A DNA stretch of 64,000 bases from Bacteroidales bacterium (GTDB lineage: Bacteria; Bacteroidota; Bacteroidia; Bacteroidales; VadinHA17): the NCBI GenBank assembly GCA_016928075.1, contig JAFGLJ010000038.1, forward strand, positions 51,302-115,301. Direction: 5' to 3'. Shown here piece by piece: positions 20,904 to 29,354 of this stretch. The position numbers were made by a program, and so were the translations under genes. The notes beneath the pieces were generated by a model. It worked only from the letters and a program-made list of their open reading frames with translations, made no database searches and was not told the origin of the DNA. Positions within the stretch are counted from its first letter, which is position 1. Each line of letters begins with the position of its first letter.

Positions 20904-21016
20904 CCCTCCTACGCACTGCGTGCTTCGGAGGACGATGCAGGGGGCAGGGAGCAGGGAGCAGGGAGCAGGGAGTCAGCCTCCGCTAAAGCTTCGGCTGATA
21001 AAACAGGGAGCAGGGA
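20904..21016. repeat. (GCAGGGA)n heptamer tract with two short palindromic elements
   Basis: gcaggga x4 plus 2 more; cctcctacgcactgcgtgcttcggagg and cctccgctaaagcttcggc. Confidence 0.85.
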
Positions 21017-21099
21017 AAATGTATTATTTAAGTTATTTTTATAGTTTAACAGGGGCATAATAGTAATTTGTATTATACCGGACCCTTAATAAATTTTAT

Positions 21100-22116
21100 A
21101 TGAAAAGACGCAGTTTTTTTAACACATTATTCTCGGCTAATCTTGGTATCTTACTGGCAGGCAATCCTTTTACTGGAATTTTCAAAGAATCGAAAAAGGA
21201 TATATTTCAAAAAGGCACGGTTTCAGTTGATGATAATACTGTTTCATTCTACCTGGATAAAATATCTTCACCTATGAAAATTATCCACATAAGTGATACC
21301 CATCTATGGATGGATGATGACAGGGGGAAAACGTTTTTGCATTACAGCAGGAGAATGGCCGGGGCATATAATACTACTAAACACTTCAGAACTGGTGCAG
21401 ACACTGATCCGGTGAGATCATTTGAGCAAGTGCTGGAACTTGCTGTTGAAAAAGATGCTGATCTTATTGCAATGACCGGTGATATTTTCAGCTTTCCTTC
21501 TGAAGCTGCCATAGAATGGGTCCATGAGAAAGTGAGTAATTCAGGTGTTCCATATCTGTATATAGCCGGGAATCACGACTGGCATTATGAAGGTATGGAG
21601 GGGAGCAGAAAAGAGCTGCGCGATATCTGGACAAACAAACGCTTAATACCTCTTTACCAGGGGAACGACCCTATGATGGCCTTTTATAATATTAATGGTT
21701 TAAACATTCTGGCTATCGATAATTCCACTTATGAGATATTACCGGAACAGCTGGAGTTTTTCAGAGAGAATTCTAAAGGAGATGGTCCTTTTATTCTTAT
21801 GATGCATATTCCTTTGTATGCACCAGGCAGACCGATTGGTTATGGTTGTGGAAATCCCTTCTGGGGGGCAGAATCGGACAGATTGTATGAACTTGAGAGC
21901 CGAGAGAGATGGCCTGAAGAAGGTCATACAAAAGTTACAATGGACTTTTATGATGAAGTGTTTTCATCTGATAACCTCCTGGGTATTTTTGCCGGCCATG
22001 TTCATCGTCAATCGATAGATATAGTAAGGGGGAAGCCGCAGTTTGTTGCAGAAGCAAATGCCACCGGTGCATACCTTGAAATAAACTTTCTGCCTCTAAA
22101 TATGGCCAACACCTGA
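21100..22116 (+). CDS. Metallophosphoesterase (calcineurin-like) with Tat signal
   Basis: KRRSFF; SDTH, TGD, GNHD, HIP, GHVH motifs. Confidence 0.92.
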   Translation: MKRRSFFNTLFSANLGILLAGNPFTGIFKESKKDIFQKGTVSVDDNTVSFYLDKISSPMKIIHISDTHLWMDDDRGKTFLHYSRRMAGAYNTTKHFRTGADTDPVRSFEQVLELAVEKDADLIAMTGDIFSFPSEAAIEWVHEKVSNSGVPYLYIAGNHDWHYEGMEGSRKELRDIWTNKRLIPLYQGNDPMMAFYNINGLNILAIDNSTYEILPEQLEFFRENSKGDGPFILMMHIPLYAPGRPIGYGCGNPFWGAESDRLYELESRERWPEEGHTKVTMDFYDEVFSSDNLLGIFAGHVHRQSIDIVRGKPQFVAEANATGAYLEINFLPLNMANT

Positions 22117-22141
22117 ATTCCCGGAATTGCTAAATAACGAT

Positions 22142-22230
22142 TTCTTAAATCTAAAATCGTTAATCTTCAACCGAGAATTGCGAGTCCCCGAGGACTCGGG
22201 GGCGAGTGATTCGAGCTCGCCGTAAGGCAA
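22142..22230 (+). repeat. Direct repeat copy 1 (partner at 25002..25060)
   Basis: 31-bp block (1 mismatch) and identical 20-bp block tcgagctcgccgtaaggcaa, both shared with 25002..25060. Confidence 0.85.
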
Positions 22231-22237
22231 CCTAATA

Positions 22238-24487
22238 TCAAAATCTTGCCCCTAACTGCATGCTGTAATACCTCTGTGGCTGTATATCACCCGGCCGGCC
22301 CATATATTCGGTATTGGTGAGATTCTTAACCGAGAAAGATATATCATAGGTGGTATTAAACCTGTACCTGGCATGGAAATCCATTAAGAAGTGCCCTGTA
22401 TTATGTTCTGTCCAGTAATCATAAAATCCGGGAAGTATGTCCTCCCGTGTAAGAGGATTGACAAAAACATCATCAATTTCAAGTATCCTGGATTTTATAT
22501 AACAGTTCAAACCGGTTTCAAAGTTGTTATAAATAGTTGATACTGATAGCTCTGCAGCATGTTTTCTCCTGAATTTTAAGTATACACCTGTATTTTTCCC
22601 GGTAACACTATTAAACTCAACAGGGTACATAAAGGTATATCCTCCACTGACAGTGGTATTGAACCCGCCGAAACTCCTGTTCAGCATAAACTCGAATTCT
22701 GCCCCGTATACTCTTGAATTCTCAATGTTTACAGGCCGGAATCCATAGCTGTAAATTTCAGTAAAAGGATCCTCATACCAGCCAAAGACATATTCGATCA
22801 TATCACTGTTCTGGGAGTAGAAAACTGAGATATCTGCATGCCCGCTTAATGCTGCAATTGAGATCGCATGTTTTATACCGATCTCCGAACTCCACCCTGA
22901 CTCGGACCTTATCTCCCGGTTTGGTATTATCTTAATAGACCCGACAGTTGTGTATGCATGTTTTTCAGCTATGGATGGATAACGGTAACCCTGTCCGAAT
23001 GAAGCACGAAGAAAGGAATATTCTCCTATTCTCAGGTTCATTCCAGCCCTGCCGATGGGTACCAGTTTGTCGGCCTTGCCGTCAAGAATATTTTGCTCCA
23101 CTCTGACACCGCCAACTACTTTCAGTCGCTCAAGCGGCTGAAATTCAGCCTGTGCATATCCTGCAATATTAAGACCGTCATGGTCTCCATAAAAGTTCGA
23201 ATTTATCAGGCTGTACTGCTGGCTCAGACCGGATATGAGCTTAAATCTTTCCATGCCGTTGAAACTGAACTGGTATTCAGAATATACTGAATGCGAATTA
23301 CTGTTATTGTTACTATTATCGGGTAGTTTATTGATATTACTCAATATGCGTAGCTTTATATCATGTTTGAATCGGTCATTTCTATTTATCGAGACGAATG
23401 GGTCGATAGCTACCGAAGTTCCCCTGAATTCCATAGCCGTTGACTCATTCTGCTTCAGGGCTCCATATTCCGCATCTTCCCAGAGCAGGAAATCATTTTT
23501 ATTTGTATATGTGGCATTAAGCGCAGCACCGAATGAAAGCGATTTATATTTTTCACTGTTATGACTGACATTCAGATTTATACGGCCAAAGGCTTCGTCA
23601 TTAAGCCTTCTGTATCCATTATCGTTTGAGGCTCGTGCGCCGATGCCTATTTTTGTATTTTTATATCTCCCGGAATGAGAGAATGAGATGCTTTGTGTTA
23701 TCCTGGGCGAATCCCACCATACCCAGTCCTTATTTGATGGCTTGTCATAGATGCCTGAAATAACCGATATCCTGGTAAGGGGTTCTGGCCCGGGCTCGGC
23801 TGTTATGAAGTTGATGACCCCGTTCAGTGCTGATGATCCGTACAGCACCGAAGACGCTCCTTTTATAACCTCTATCTGAGCTATATTCTCCATGGGGAGT
23901 GTCCCCCATTTGATGTTTCCGGCATCGGTTGAAAGGATAGGCAGTCCGTCAATAAGTGCAAGCACCCTGCTTCCTGCACCATAGCTGTAACCACTGCCTC
24001 CCCTTACAGAGGCCTGTCCGTCAAGGATTTCAATACCGCCTGTTTTATTAAGAATTTCCTCGGCATTTACTGAATGGTTCTGATTTAAAATATATGGTTT
24101 TATTATATCCATGGAAACAGTCAGGTCTGAAATACGTTGTTCTGACCTGCCTGCAGTTATGACAACCTCATTTATTTCCTTAATAACCGGAGTCAGTAGG
24201 ATATTTATATTAACTGTGTCATTATCAGCCAGGTTAAAAGTTCTTGTAACTGTATTATAACCTACATACCGGAATGTAACCACTGTTCTTCCGGGGGATA
24301 CTCTCAGGATAAATTTCCCTTCGCTGTCGGTGGTGGTACCCTGGTCAGTACCATAAATAATATTGACACCAGGAAGGGACTCACTGGTGCTGGCGTCATA
24401 TACCGTTCCCTTGATGATGCAATTATTCGCACTTATGGGAGCATAAGCACAAATTAATAATATCATGAGGGAGATGCAACGACGCAT
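22238..24487 (-). CDS. TonB-dependent receptor
   Basis: Carboxypeptidase-regulatory-like N domain; plug with IEVIKGASSVLYGSSALNGVINF; C-terminal Phe. Confidence 0.95.
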   Translation of the reverse strand: MRRCISLMILLICAYAPISANNCIIKGTVYDASTSESLPGVNIIYGTDQGTTTDSEGKFILRVSPGRTVVTFRYVGYNTVTRTFNLADNDTVNINILLTPVIKEINEVVITAGRSEQRISDLTVSMDIIKPYILNQNHSVNAEEILNKTGGIEILDGQASVRGGSGYSYGAGSRVLALIDGLPILSTDAGNIKWGTLPMENIAQIEVIKGASSVLYGSSALNGVINFITAEPGPEPLTRISVISGIYDKPSNKDWVWWDSPRITQSISFSHSGRYKNTKIGIGARASNDNGYRRLNDEAFGRINLNVSHNSEKYKSLSFGAALNATYTNKNDFLLWEDAEYGALKQNESTAMEFRGTSVAIDPFVSINRNDRFKHDIKLRILSNINKLPDNSNNNSNSHSVYSEYQFSFNGMERFKLISGLSQQYSLINSNFYGDHDGLNIAGYAQAEFQPLERLKVVGGVRVEQNILDGKADKLVPIGRAGMNLRIGEYSFLRASFGQGYRYPSIAEKHAYTTVGSIKIIPNREIRSESGWSSEIGIKHAISIAALSGHADISVFYSQNSDMIEYVFGWYEDPFTEIYSYGFRPVNIENSRVYGAEFEFMLNRSFGGFNTTVSGGYTFMYPVEFNSVTGKNTGVYLKFRRKHAAELSVSTIYNNFETGLNCYIKSRILEIDDVFVNPLTREDILPGFYDYWTEHNTGHFLMDFHARYRFNTTYDISFSVKNLTNTEYMGRPGDIQPQRYYSMQLGARF

Positions 24488-24912
24488 AAATACATGTATT
24501 TTGGTTTGAATGTCATCCTTATTGTGAAATAAATACCCTGTGTTTCATCCACTAGCCAACGGGTTGTAATCTTAAACGACTGCCTGGTGAGTTCAAGAAT
24601 GTTTAAATCCAACGGGCCACCCAGTGAAGGAGAGGATATAGTAATTTTTGTTTCATTGTCCATAAAGTACCAGCTACCCGTATACTGGCCGAAATAGCCT
24701 GTACCGTCCGGCAGGAATTCAGCATCTCCTGCCATTTTTTCCAGAAATCCCCCGGGGCCGCTTGCATCCTGTCCGTCAGCGAGCAGACTGTCAGTTCTCC
24801 ATACCTGGCCGGTGAGAATTTTAAAGCGCTCACTTTTCTCCTCCTCTTTTGTGCAGGCAAAGATTAAGATAACTGATACCAGTACCAGGTAAATGATATT
24901 ATATTTTTTCAT
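24463..24912 (-). CDS. Small lipoprotein (lipocalin-like)
   Basis: Lipobox IFAC; LTGQVW motif; beta-rich. Confidence 0.75.
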   Translation of the reverse strand: MKKYNIIYLVLVSVILIFACTKEEEKSERFKILTGQVWRTDSLLADGQDASGPGGFLEKMAGDAEFLPDGTGYFGQYTGSWYFMDNETKITISSPSLGGPLDLNILELTRQSFKITTRWLVDETQGIYFTIRMTFKPKYMYLCVVASPS

Positions 24913-25001
24913 GATATCGGAATTTATTTAAACTCAGCGCTAGGACACTCAAAATTTAAGAAATTTAGTGGTTAAAACAAATACAGATATGTGAAAATCA
25001 C

Positions 25002-25060
25002 TTCTTAAATCTAAAATCGTTGATCTTCAACCTTAAATCATCGAGCTCGCCGTAAGGCAA
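25002..25060 (+). repeat. Direct repeat copy 2 (partner at 22142..22230)
   Basis: Same two blocks as copy 1; lacks the internal palindrome. Confidence 0.85.
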
Positions 25061-25164
25061 TCTTAAATCAAACCCTTAAATATATCTTCCCCCGTACCTT
25101 ATTTTGATATTTAGCTGACAATACATATCTTAGTTTGGCTGTTTAACCAAAATATCGCTGCCAT

Positions 25165-25902
25165 ATGGAAACACCCGAGGAAATAAAAAAGAGAACCCTT
25201 GAACTCGCCAAAAAGGGTGGATTTATTGAAGGTATTTATAATTATTGTGACCGTTGGTGTGAGAAGTGTGCCTTTAAGTCTAAGTGCTTCAGTTATGCCA
25301 GTAGTCCTGATTACGAAAATATGAGTGATGAGGATACTGTTGAGTACATAACCAATAACCTGAAAGCCACCATGCTTATGCTTGACGAAATAGCTGAGGA
25401 AATGGGTATTGATATTTCTGAAATACCTGATGATGAGACGGATTTCGATAGGCATAAGCCTTTCCATGACCCTCTTACTGCATATGCTCGTGAAGCTTCA
25501 AATGAAACACATGACTGGTTAGAATCGGTCGAGCCCGGGACAGGGATCAAAAAGATCAATTCACTCAAATCATACCCTGGTGAGAAGAAGGAATACCACG
25601 ATGCACTGGAGGTCATCTGCTATTACCTGATTTTCATCTCCGTCAAGCTGGAGCGGGCTCTAATGTCAGTTGCCGGCGCTGATGATAATGAATATATGAA
25701 AGACGACAGTGACGGATCGGCCAAAGTAGCTTTAATAGCCATTGACAGGTCAATTGCCGCATGGGGTATTATTATGAAGGAAAGGCCGGAGTATGAAGAT
25801 GCTATCCTTCAATTCCTGATAAAATTATCAAAGATAAGGTCAGAAACAGAAAAAAGATTCCCTGATGCCCGGAGCTTCATCAGGCCGGGCCTGGATGATT
25901 GA
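25165..25902 (+). CDS. Hypothetical protein with N-terminal Cys cluster
   Basis: YNYCDRWCEKCAFKSKC; C-terminal FIRPGLD. Confidence 0.8.
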   Translation: METPEEIKKRTLELAKKGGFIEGIYNYCDRWCEKCAFKSKCFSYASSPDYENMSDEDTVEYITNNLKATMLMLDEIAEEMGIDISEIPDDETDFDRHKPFHDPLTAYAREASNETHDWLESVEPGTGIKKINSLKSYPGEKKEYHDALEVICYYLIFISVKLERALMSVAGADDNEYMKDDSDGSAKVALIAIDRSIAAWGIIMKERPEYEDAILQFLIKLSKIRSETEKRFPDARSFIRPGLDD

Positions 25903-26145
25903 GTATATTGGGGAAGGATTATTAGTGGCTTTGCCAGGATAGGACTTAAGAATTTAGGGAAAAAGCGGGTTTTTCTCCTGTGATGTTTATTGATCTTTCC
26001 TTCATGCGTGAAAGTTAGTTTTGGATGACAATATCCATGTGTTTTTCTGGATTTTTTAGTAAATTAGATATCTCTAAATTTAAATATCCATAAATGCATT
26101 ATTACCTTGTAAAAGTGATTACTATTAACTTAATATTTTAATATT

Positions 26146-26589
26146 ATGGGACTCATATCATTTATTAAGAACGCAGGTGAGAAAATCTTCAAATCAGAAG
26201 AAAAACGTGAGGCAGAAAAAGCTGCACTTATCCTTTCTCATATCAAGAGGTTTGGATTTGACACAAGAAAAATACAGGTCACTGTGGATGATGACAGGGT
26301 CACACTTTCTGGGGAAGTTGAATCAAGGGAGATTAAAAACAAAATTATTGTAACAGCCGGCAATGTTGAGGGTATAGCTTCAGTCGATGACAGGCTTATG
26401 GTTGTGGAACCCGTTCCTGAAAAGCAGTTTTATACGGTGAAGAAAGGCGATTACCTGTCGAAAATAGCTAAAGATGTATACGGGAATGCTGCCAAGTATA
26501 ATATCATTTTTGAGGCAAATAAGCCAATGCTTAAAGACCCTGATCTTATATACCCCGGACAGGTACTGATCATCCCGCCACTTGACTGA
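26146..26589 (+). CDS. kbp: BON-LysM potassium-binding protein (Kbp/YgaU family)
   Basis: MGLISFIKNAGEKIF; GNVEGIASVDD; YTVKKGD.LSKIA...IYPGQVL. Confidence 0.9.
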   Translation: MGLISFIKNAGEKIFKSEEKREAEKAALILSHIKRFGFDTRKIQVTVDDDRVTLSGEVESREIKNKIIVTAGNVEGIASVDDRLMVVEPVPEKQFYTVKKGDYLSKIAKDVYGNAAKYNIIFEANKPMLKDPDLIYPGQVLIIPPLD

Positions 26590-26641
26590 TAAGATAATGC
26601 CATAAGTATAGCAAGGGGAGTAGCAGGATTCGAAACTGCGA

Positions 26642-26838
26642 CTCCCTGCTCCATGACCCCTGCTCCCTGCCCCCTGCACAACCCGCGGAGCGGGTAAATA
26701 ACAATAGCCCCGGTTCCACCCGGGGTAAAGATGTTTACCCCCATTCCCTCGCGCGGTGGCAGGGTGCGGGTTAGGGTTGATCCTGTTATCCACAGGTGTG
26801 ACTGTGGCTATTTTTATTATGCCCCTCAAGGGCATTTG
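26642..26838. repeat. (CTCCCTG)-type heptamers plus GC-rich multi-hairpin REP/MITE-like element
   Basis: Reverse complement of the 20.9-kb heptamer; hairpins acccgcggagcgggt, ccccggttccacccgggg, tgcccctcaagggca. Confidence 0.7.
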
Positions 26839-26888
26839 GTTTCATAATAGTAGACCCGTCCACAGCTGGAATTAGAATTTAATAAAAT

Positions 26889-27063
26889 GTAAGATTACTC
26901 GCCCCGAGTTCTCGGGGCTCGTGATCATTTTAGAGCTAATTCAAACAAAAAGGACCATTATCATGGTTTCTTTTTACCTTCTGCATGCTTATGAAAATGA
27001 ATTTTCAACGCCTGCAGAATGCAAAAAGACCACCAATCTTCGATTGATGGTCCTTTTTGTTTG
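26889..27063 (-). repeat. Foldback cassette 3' of tRNA-Pro, including the terminator
   Basis: 17-bp perfect IR 26942-26958/27047-27063; terminator hairpin 27023-27058; duplicated T-arm octamer 26889-26896. Confidence 0.8.
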
Positions 27064-27138
27064 TCGGGGTAGTAAGATTCGAACTTACGACCCCCTGCTC
27101 CCAAAGCAGGTGCGCTAACCGGACTGCGCTATACCCCG
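27064..27138 (-). tRNA. tRNA-Pro (TGG)
   Basis: CGGGGTATAGCGCAGTCCGGTTAGCGCACCTGCTTTGGGAGCAGGGGGTCGTAAGTTCGAATCTTACTACCCCGA folds as a cloverleaf; CCA not encoded. Confidence 0.97.
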
Positions 27139-27324
27139 CACTGCCCTCCATAGCTTTAGCGAAGGAGGGCTGTATCTGTTATCAGGCTGCAAAAATAATA
27201 AATTAATCATAAAACTGAAATAAAACCATATTCGTTCTACCGGCCAAAGGTCCCTGAGCCTGAGGGCCTGAACGCAGTGAGGGACCGAAGAGTCGAAGGG
27301 TGATGCACTTTAGACGTAAAGAAT

Positions 27325-29136
27325 TCAATTATCGGTATCCGGGAAATTCATTTTATCCATAATTGCCTGGAATCGTTCATGTGAACGAAGGGAATCAATG
27401 TAAGGGATAATATTCAAGAATATCATCCATAAGTCCCTTTTAACGTATCCCTCTTCGAGAAGTCCAAGTGCTTTTTCTTTTTCACCCAGACCAATATAGA
27501 TCCAGGCCTGCGGCTGCCTGTGCTCAAATCCTTCCTCAATGACCCTGCGATTTAATTCATTGAGAAGATTTAATGCCTCTTCCTCTCTTCCTGCAAATCC
27601 CAGTAACTGACCCGAAGTCCCTATATAGACAGCAGCTATTAAATTAATAGAATCTAATTCTTTCATTTTCTCCCAGTAAGATAAGGCTTTATCGTATTGA
27701 CCCAGCTTTGTGTAATATAAGGTTTGCAGATATAGTGTTTGATGGAAATCTGGCAATAATTCATTACTTATATTTAAAAGTTCAAGGGCTTCCTCATCAT
27801 CTCCATTATCTCCGTTGAGCAATAGTGTAAATACTAACTCATTGTAGGCTAAATGATTCCTTGGGTCAATTTTTATTGTTCGTCTCCCGATTCTAATTGC
27901 TTCGTCGAAATGTTTCATGCTGGTCAGGAAATTGGTATATTCTATCCTTCCGAAAGTAAAATCAGGATTAATTTCCAGTCCCTTAACGAAGTTCTCCTCA
28001 GCTGTTTTCCAGTCCCATTCGTACATATAATTTATGTCACCAAGCAAATAATATGCTTCACCCAGTTTGGGATCATATGCAATAGCCTTTGCCACATTAC
28101 TATATGCTTCTTCAACATGTTCGAAACAAGGGCATGGAACAAACCACATGTCGAGATAAAAATATGTAAAAGCAAGCTGGCAATAAGCCTCTGCAAATGT
28201 TGGATCCAATTCTATTGCTTTCAGGTACTGATCGATAGCTTTTAAAAAAGATTTTTCGTCTTGATGGTGAAACAAATAATTGCCAACCAGATAATGATTG
28301 TAGGCTTCGATATTCCCGGTTGTTTTTTCTTCAATAATACTTTTTTCTTCAGCAGTAAGTATCACCTCCAGTGCGCCGGCAATGTCTTCGGCAATCTCAC
28401 TTTGAACAGTGAATATATCAGTTAATTCTCCTTCATACTCATTTGCCCAAATATGTTCATCTTTTGGTGCTATAATTAACTGTATCCATACTTTTATTTT
28501 ATTCTTTTCAAGACCAAAACTTCCTTCAACCAGGAAATTGGCATCAAGTTCTTCCCCGATGACAGGCGTAGCTTTGTCTGAGTCTTTATACGTTTCAGTC
28601 GAGGTCCTTGATCTTACTGAAAGAGCTTTTATACTGGAAAGATCATTAAGTACCTCTTCCTGAATCCCACTACAAAAATGTACTTGTGAAGAGTCATTAC
28701 TCAGATACCGAAATGGCAACACCGCAATCGACTTTTCCATCCTGGAGAGTCTTACTGCCCGAAGAGAGCCGTAGAAGATATTAAATACTATTAAGGCAAT
28801 AATGACCACAATACTTACATAAGTTGCAATCTTCCATCTGTTTGAAGATACCGGCCTCTCCTTTGCCTTAAGTTCCTCAACAGGTTTTGTTTTTTGTATC
28901 CCTTCAGGAGTGATATCGAATATCCATGACAGTATTATTGTTATTATGAGTCCTAAAGCCAGAGCTATAACAATCCATTTTGATATTTGGCCGGGTAAGT
29001 TTAAGGAATCAGCAATATTATTGCTTACTTCGATTATAACAAATGCTGCTGCGCAGTAAACGGTAATTACACGGATAACCTTCCTGCGCCTGAGCTCCTG
29101 GAAGAACCTGAACGGGTTTTTGGATTTATCAGGCAT
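27325..29136 (-). CDS. Membrane-anchored TolB-like domain/TPR protein (paralogue of 12093..14132)
   Basis: FQELRRRKV plus 3 TM; KSIAVLPF; TPRs; EWDW..AE..F. Confidence 0.88.
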   Translation of the reverse strand: MPDKSKNPFRFFQELRRRKVIRVITVYCAAAFVIIEVSNNIADSLNLPGQISKWIVIALALGLIITIILSWIFDITPEGIQKTKPVEELKAKERPVSSNRWKIATYVSIVVIIALIVFNIFYGSLRAVRLSRMEKSIAVLPFRYLSNDSSQVHFCSGIQEEVLNDLSSIKALSVRSRTSTETYKDSDKATPVIGEELDANFLVEGSFGLEKNKIKVWIQLIIAPKDEHIWANEYEGELTDIFTVQSEIAEDIAGALEVILTAEEKSIIEEKTTGNIEAYNHYLVGNYLFHHQDEKSFLKAIDQYLKAIELDPTFAEAYCQLAFTYFYLDMWFVPCPCFEHVEEAYSNVAKAIAYDPKLGEAYYLLGDINYMYEWDWKTAEENFVKGLEINPDFTFGRIEYTNFLTSMKHFDEAIRIGRRTIKIDPRNHLAYNELVFTLLLNGDNGDDEEALELLNISNELLPDFHQTLYLQTLYYTKLGQYDKALSYWEKMKELDSINLIAAVYIGTSGQLLGFAGREEEALNLLNELNRRVIEEGFEHRQPQAWIYIGLGEKEKALGLLEEGYVKRDLWMIFLNIIPYIDSLRSHERFQAIMDKMNFPDTDN

Positions 29137-29354
29137 TCTGGTTCATGGTTAGTTATAAACAAAGTTAGACCTTCTGTCAATCAAAGTCAAATTAAATCCT
29201 TCATAATGAGTTTTAAGCAGCAGGCTAAACCTCATTCCCCCGAACAAATTTTTTGATGATAGGCTACGATTTTGTAATTTGTATGGTTGTTAAGCCTGAA
29301 ACTGTAAGCCGGAGTATAAAAAACGCCGGGTGAACTAACCTTAAAAACCAGCTT

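Noticed and set aside
26380-27118. ORFs 26380..26835, 26451..26744 and 26921..27118
   Set aside because: They read through repeats, antisense kbp or antisense tRNA-Pro; 20872..21060, 43198..43694 and 62360..62674 are similarly repeat-derived
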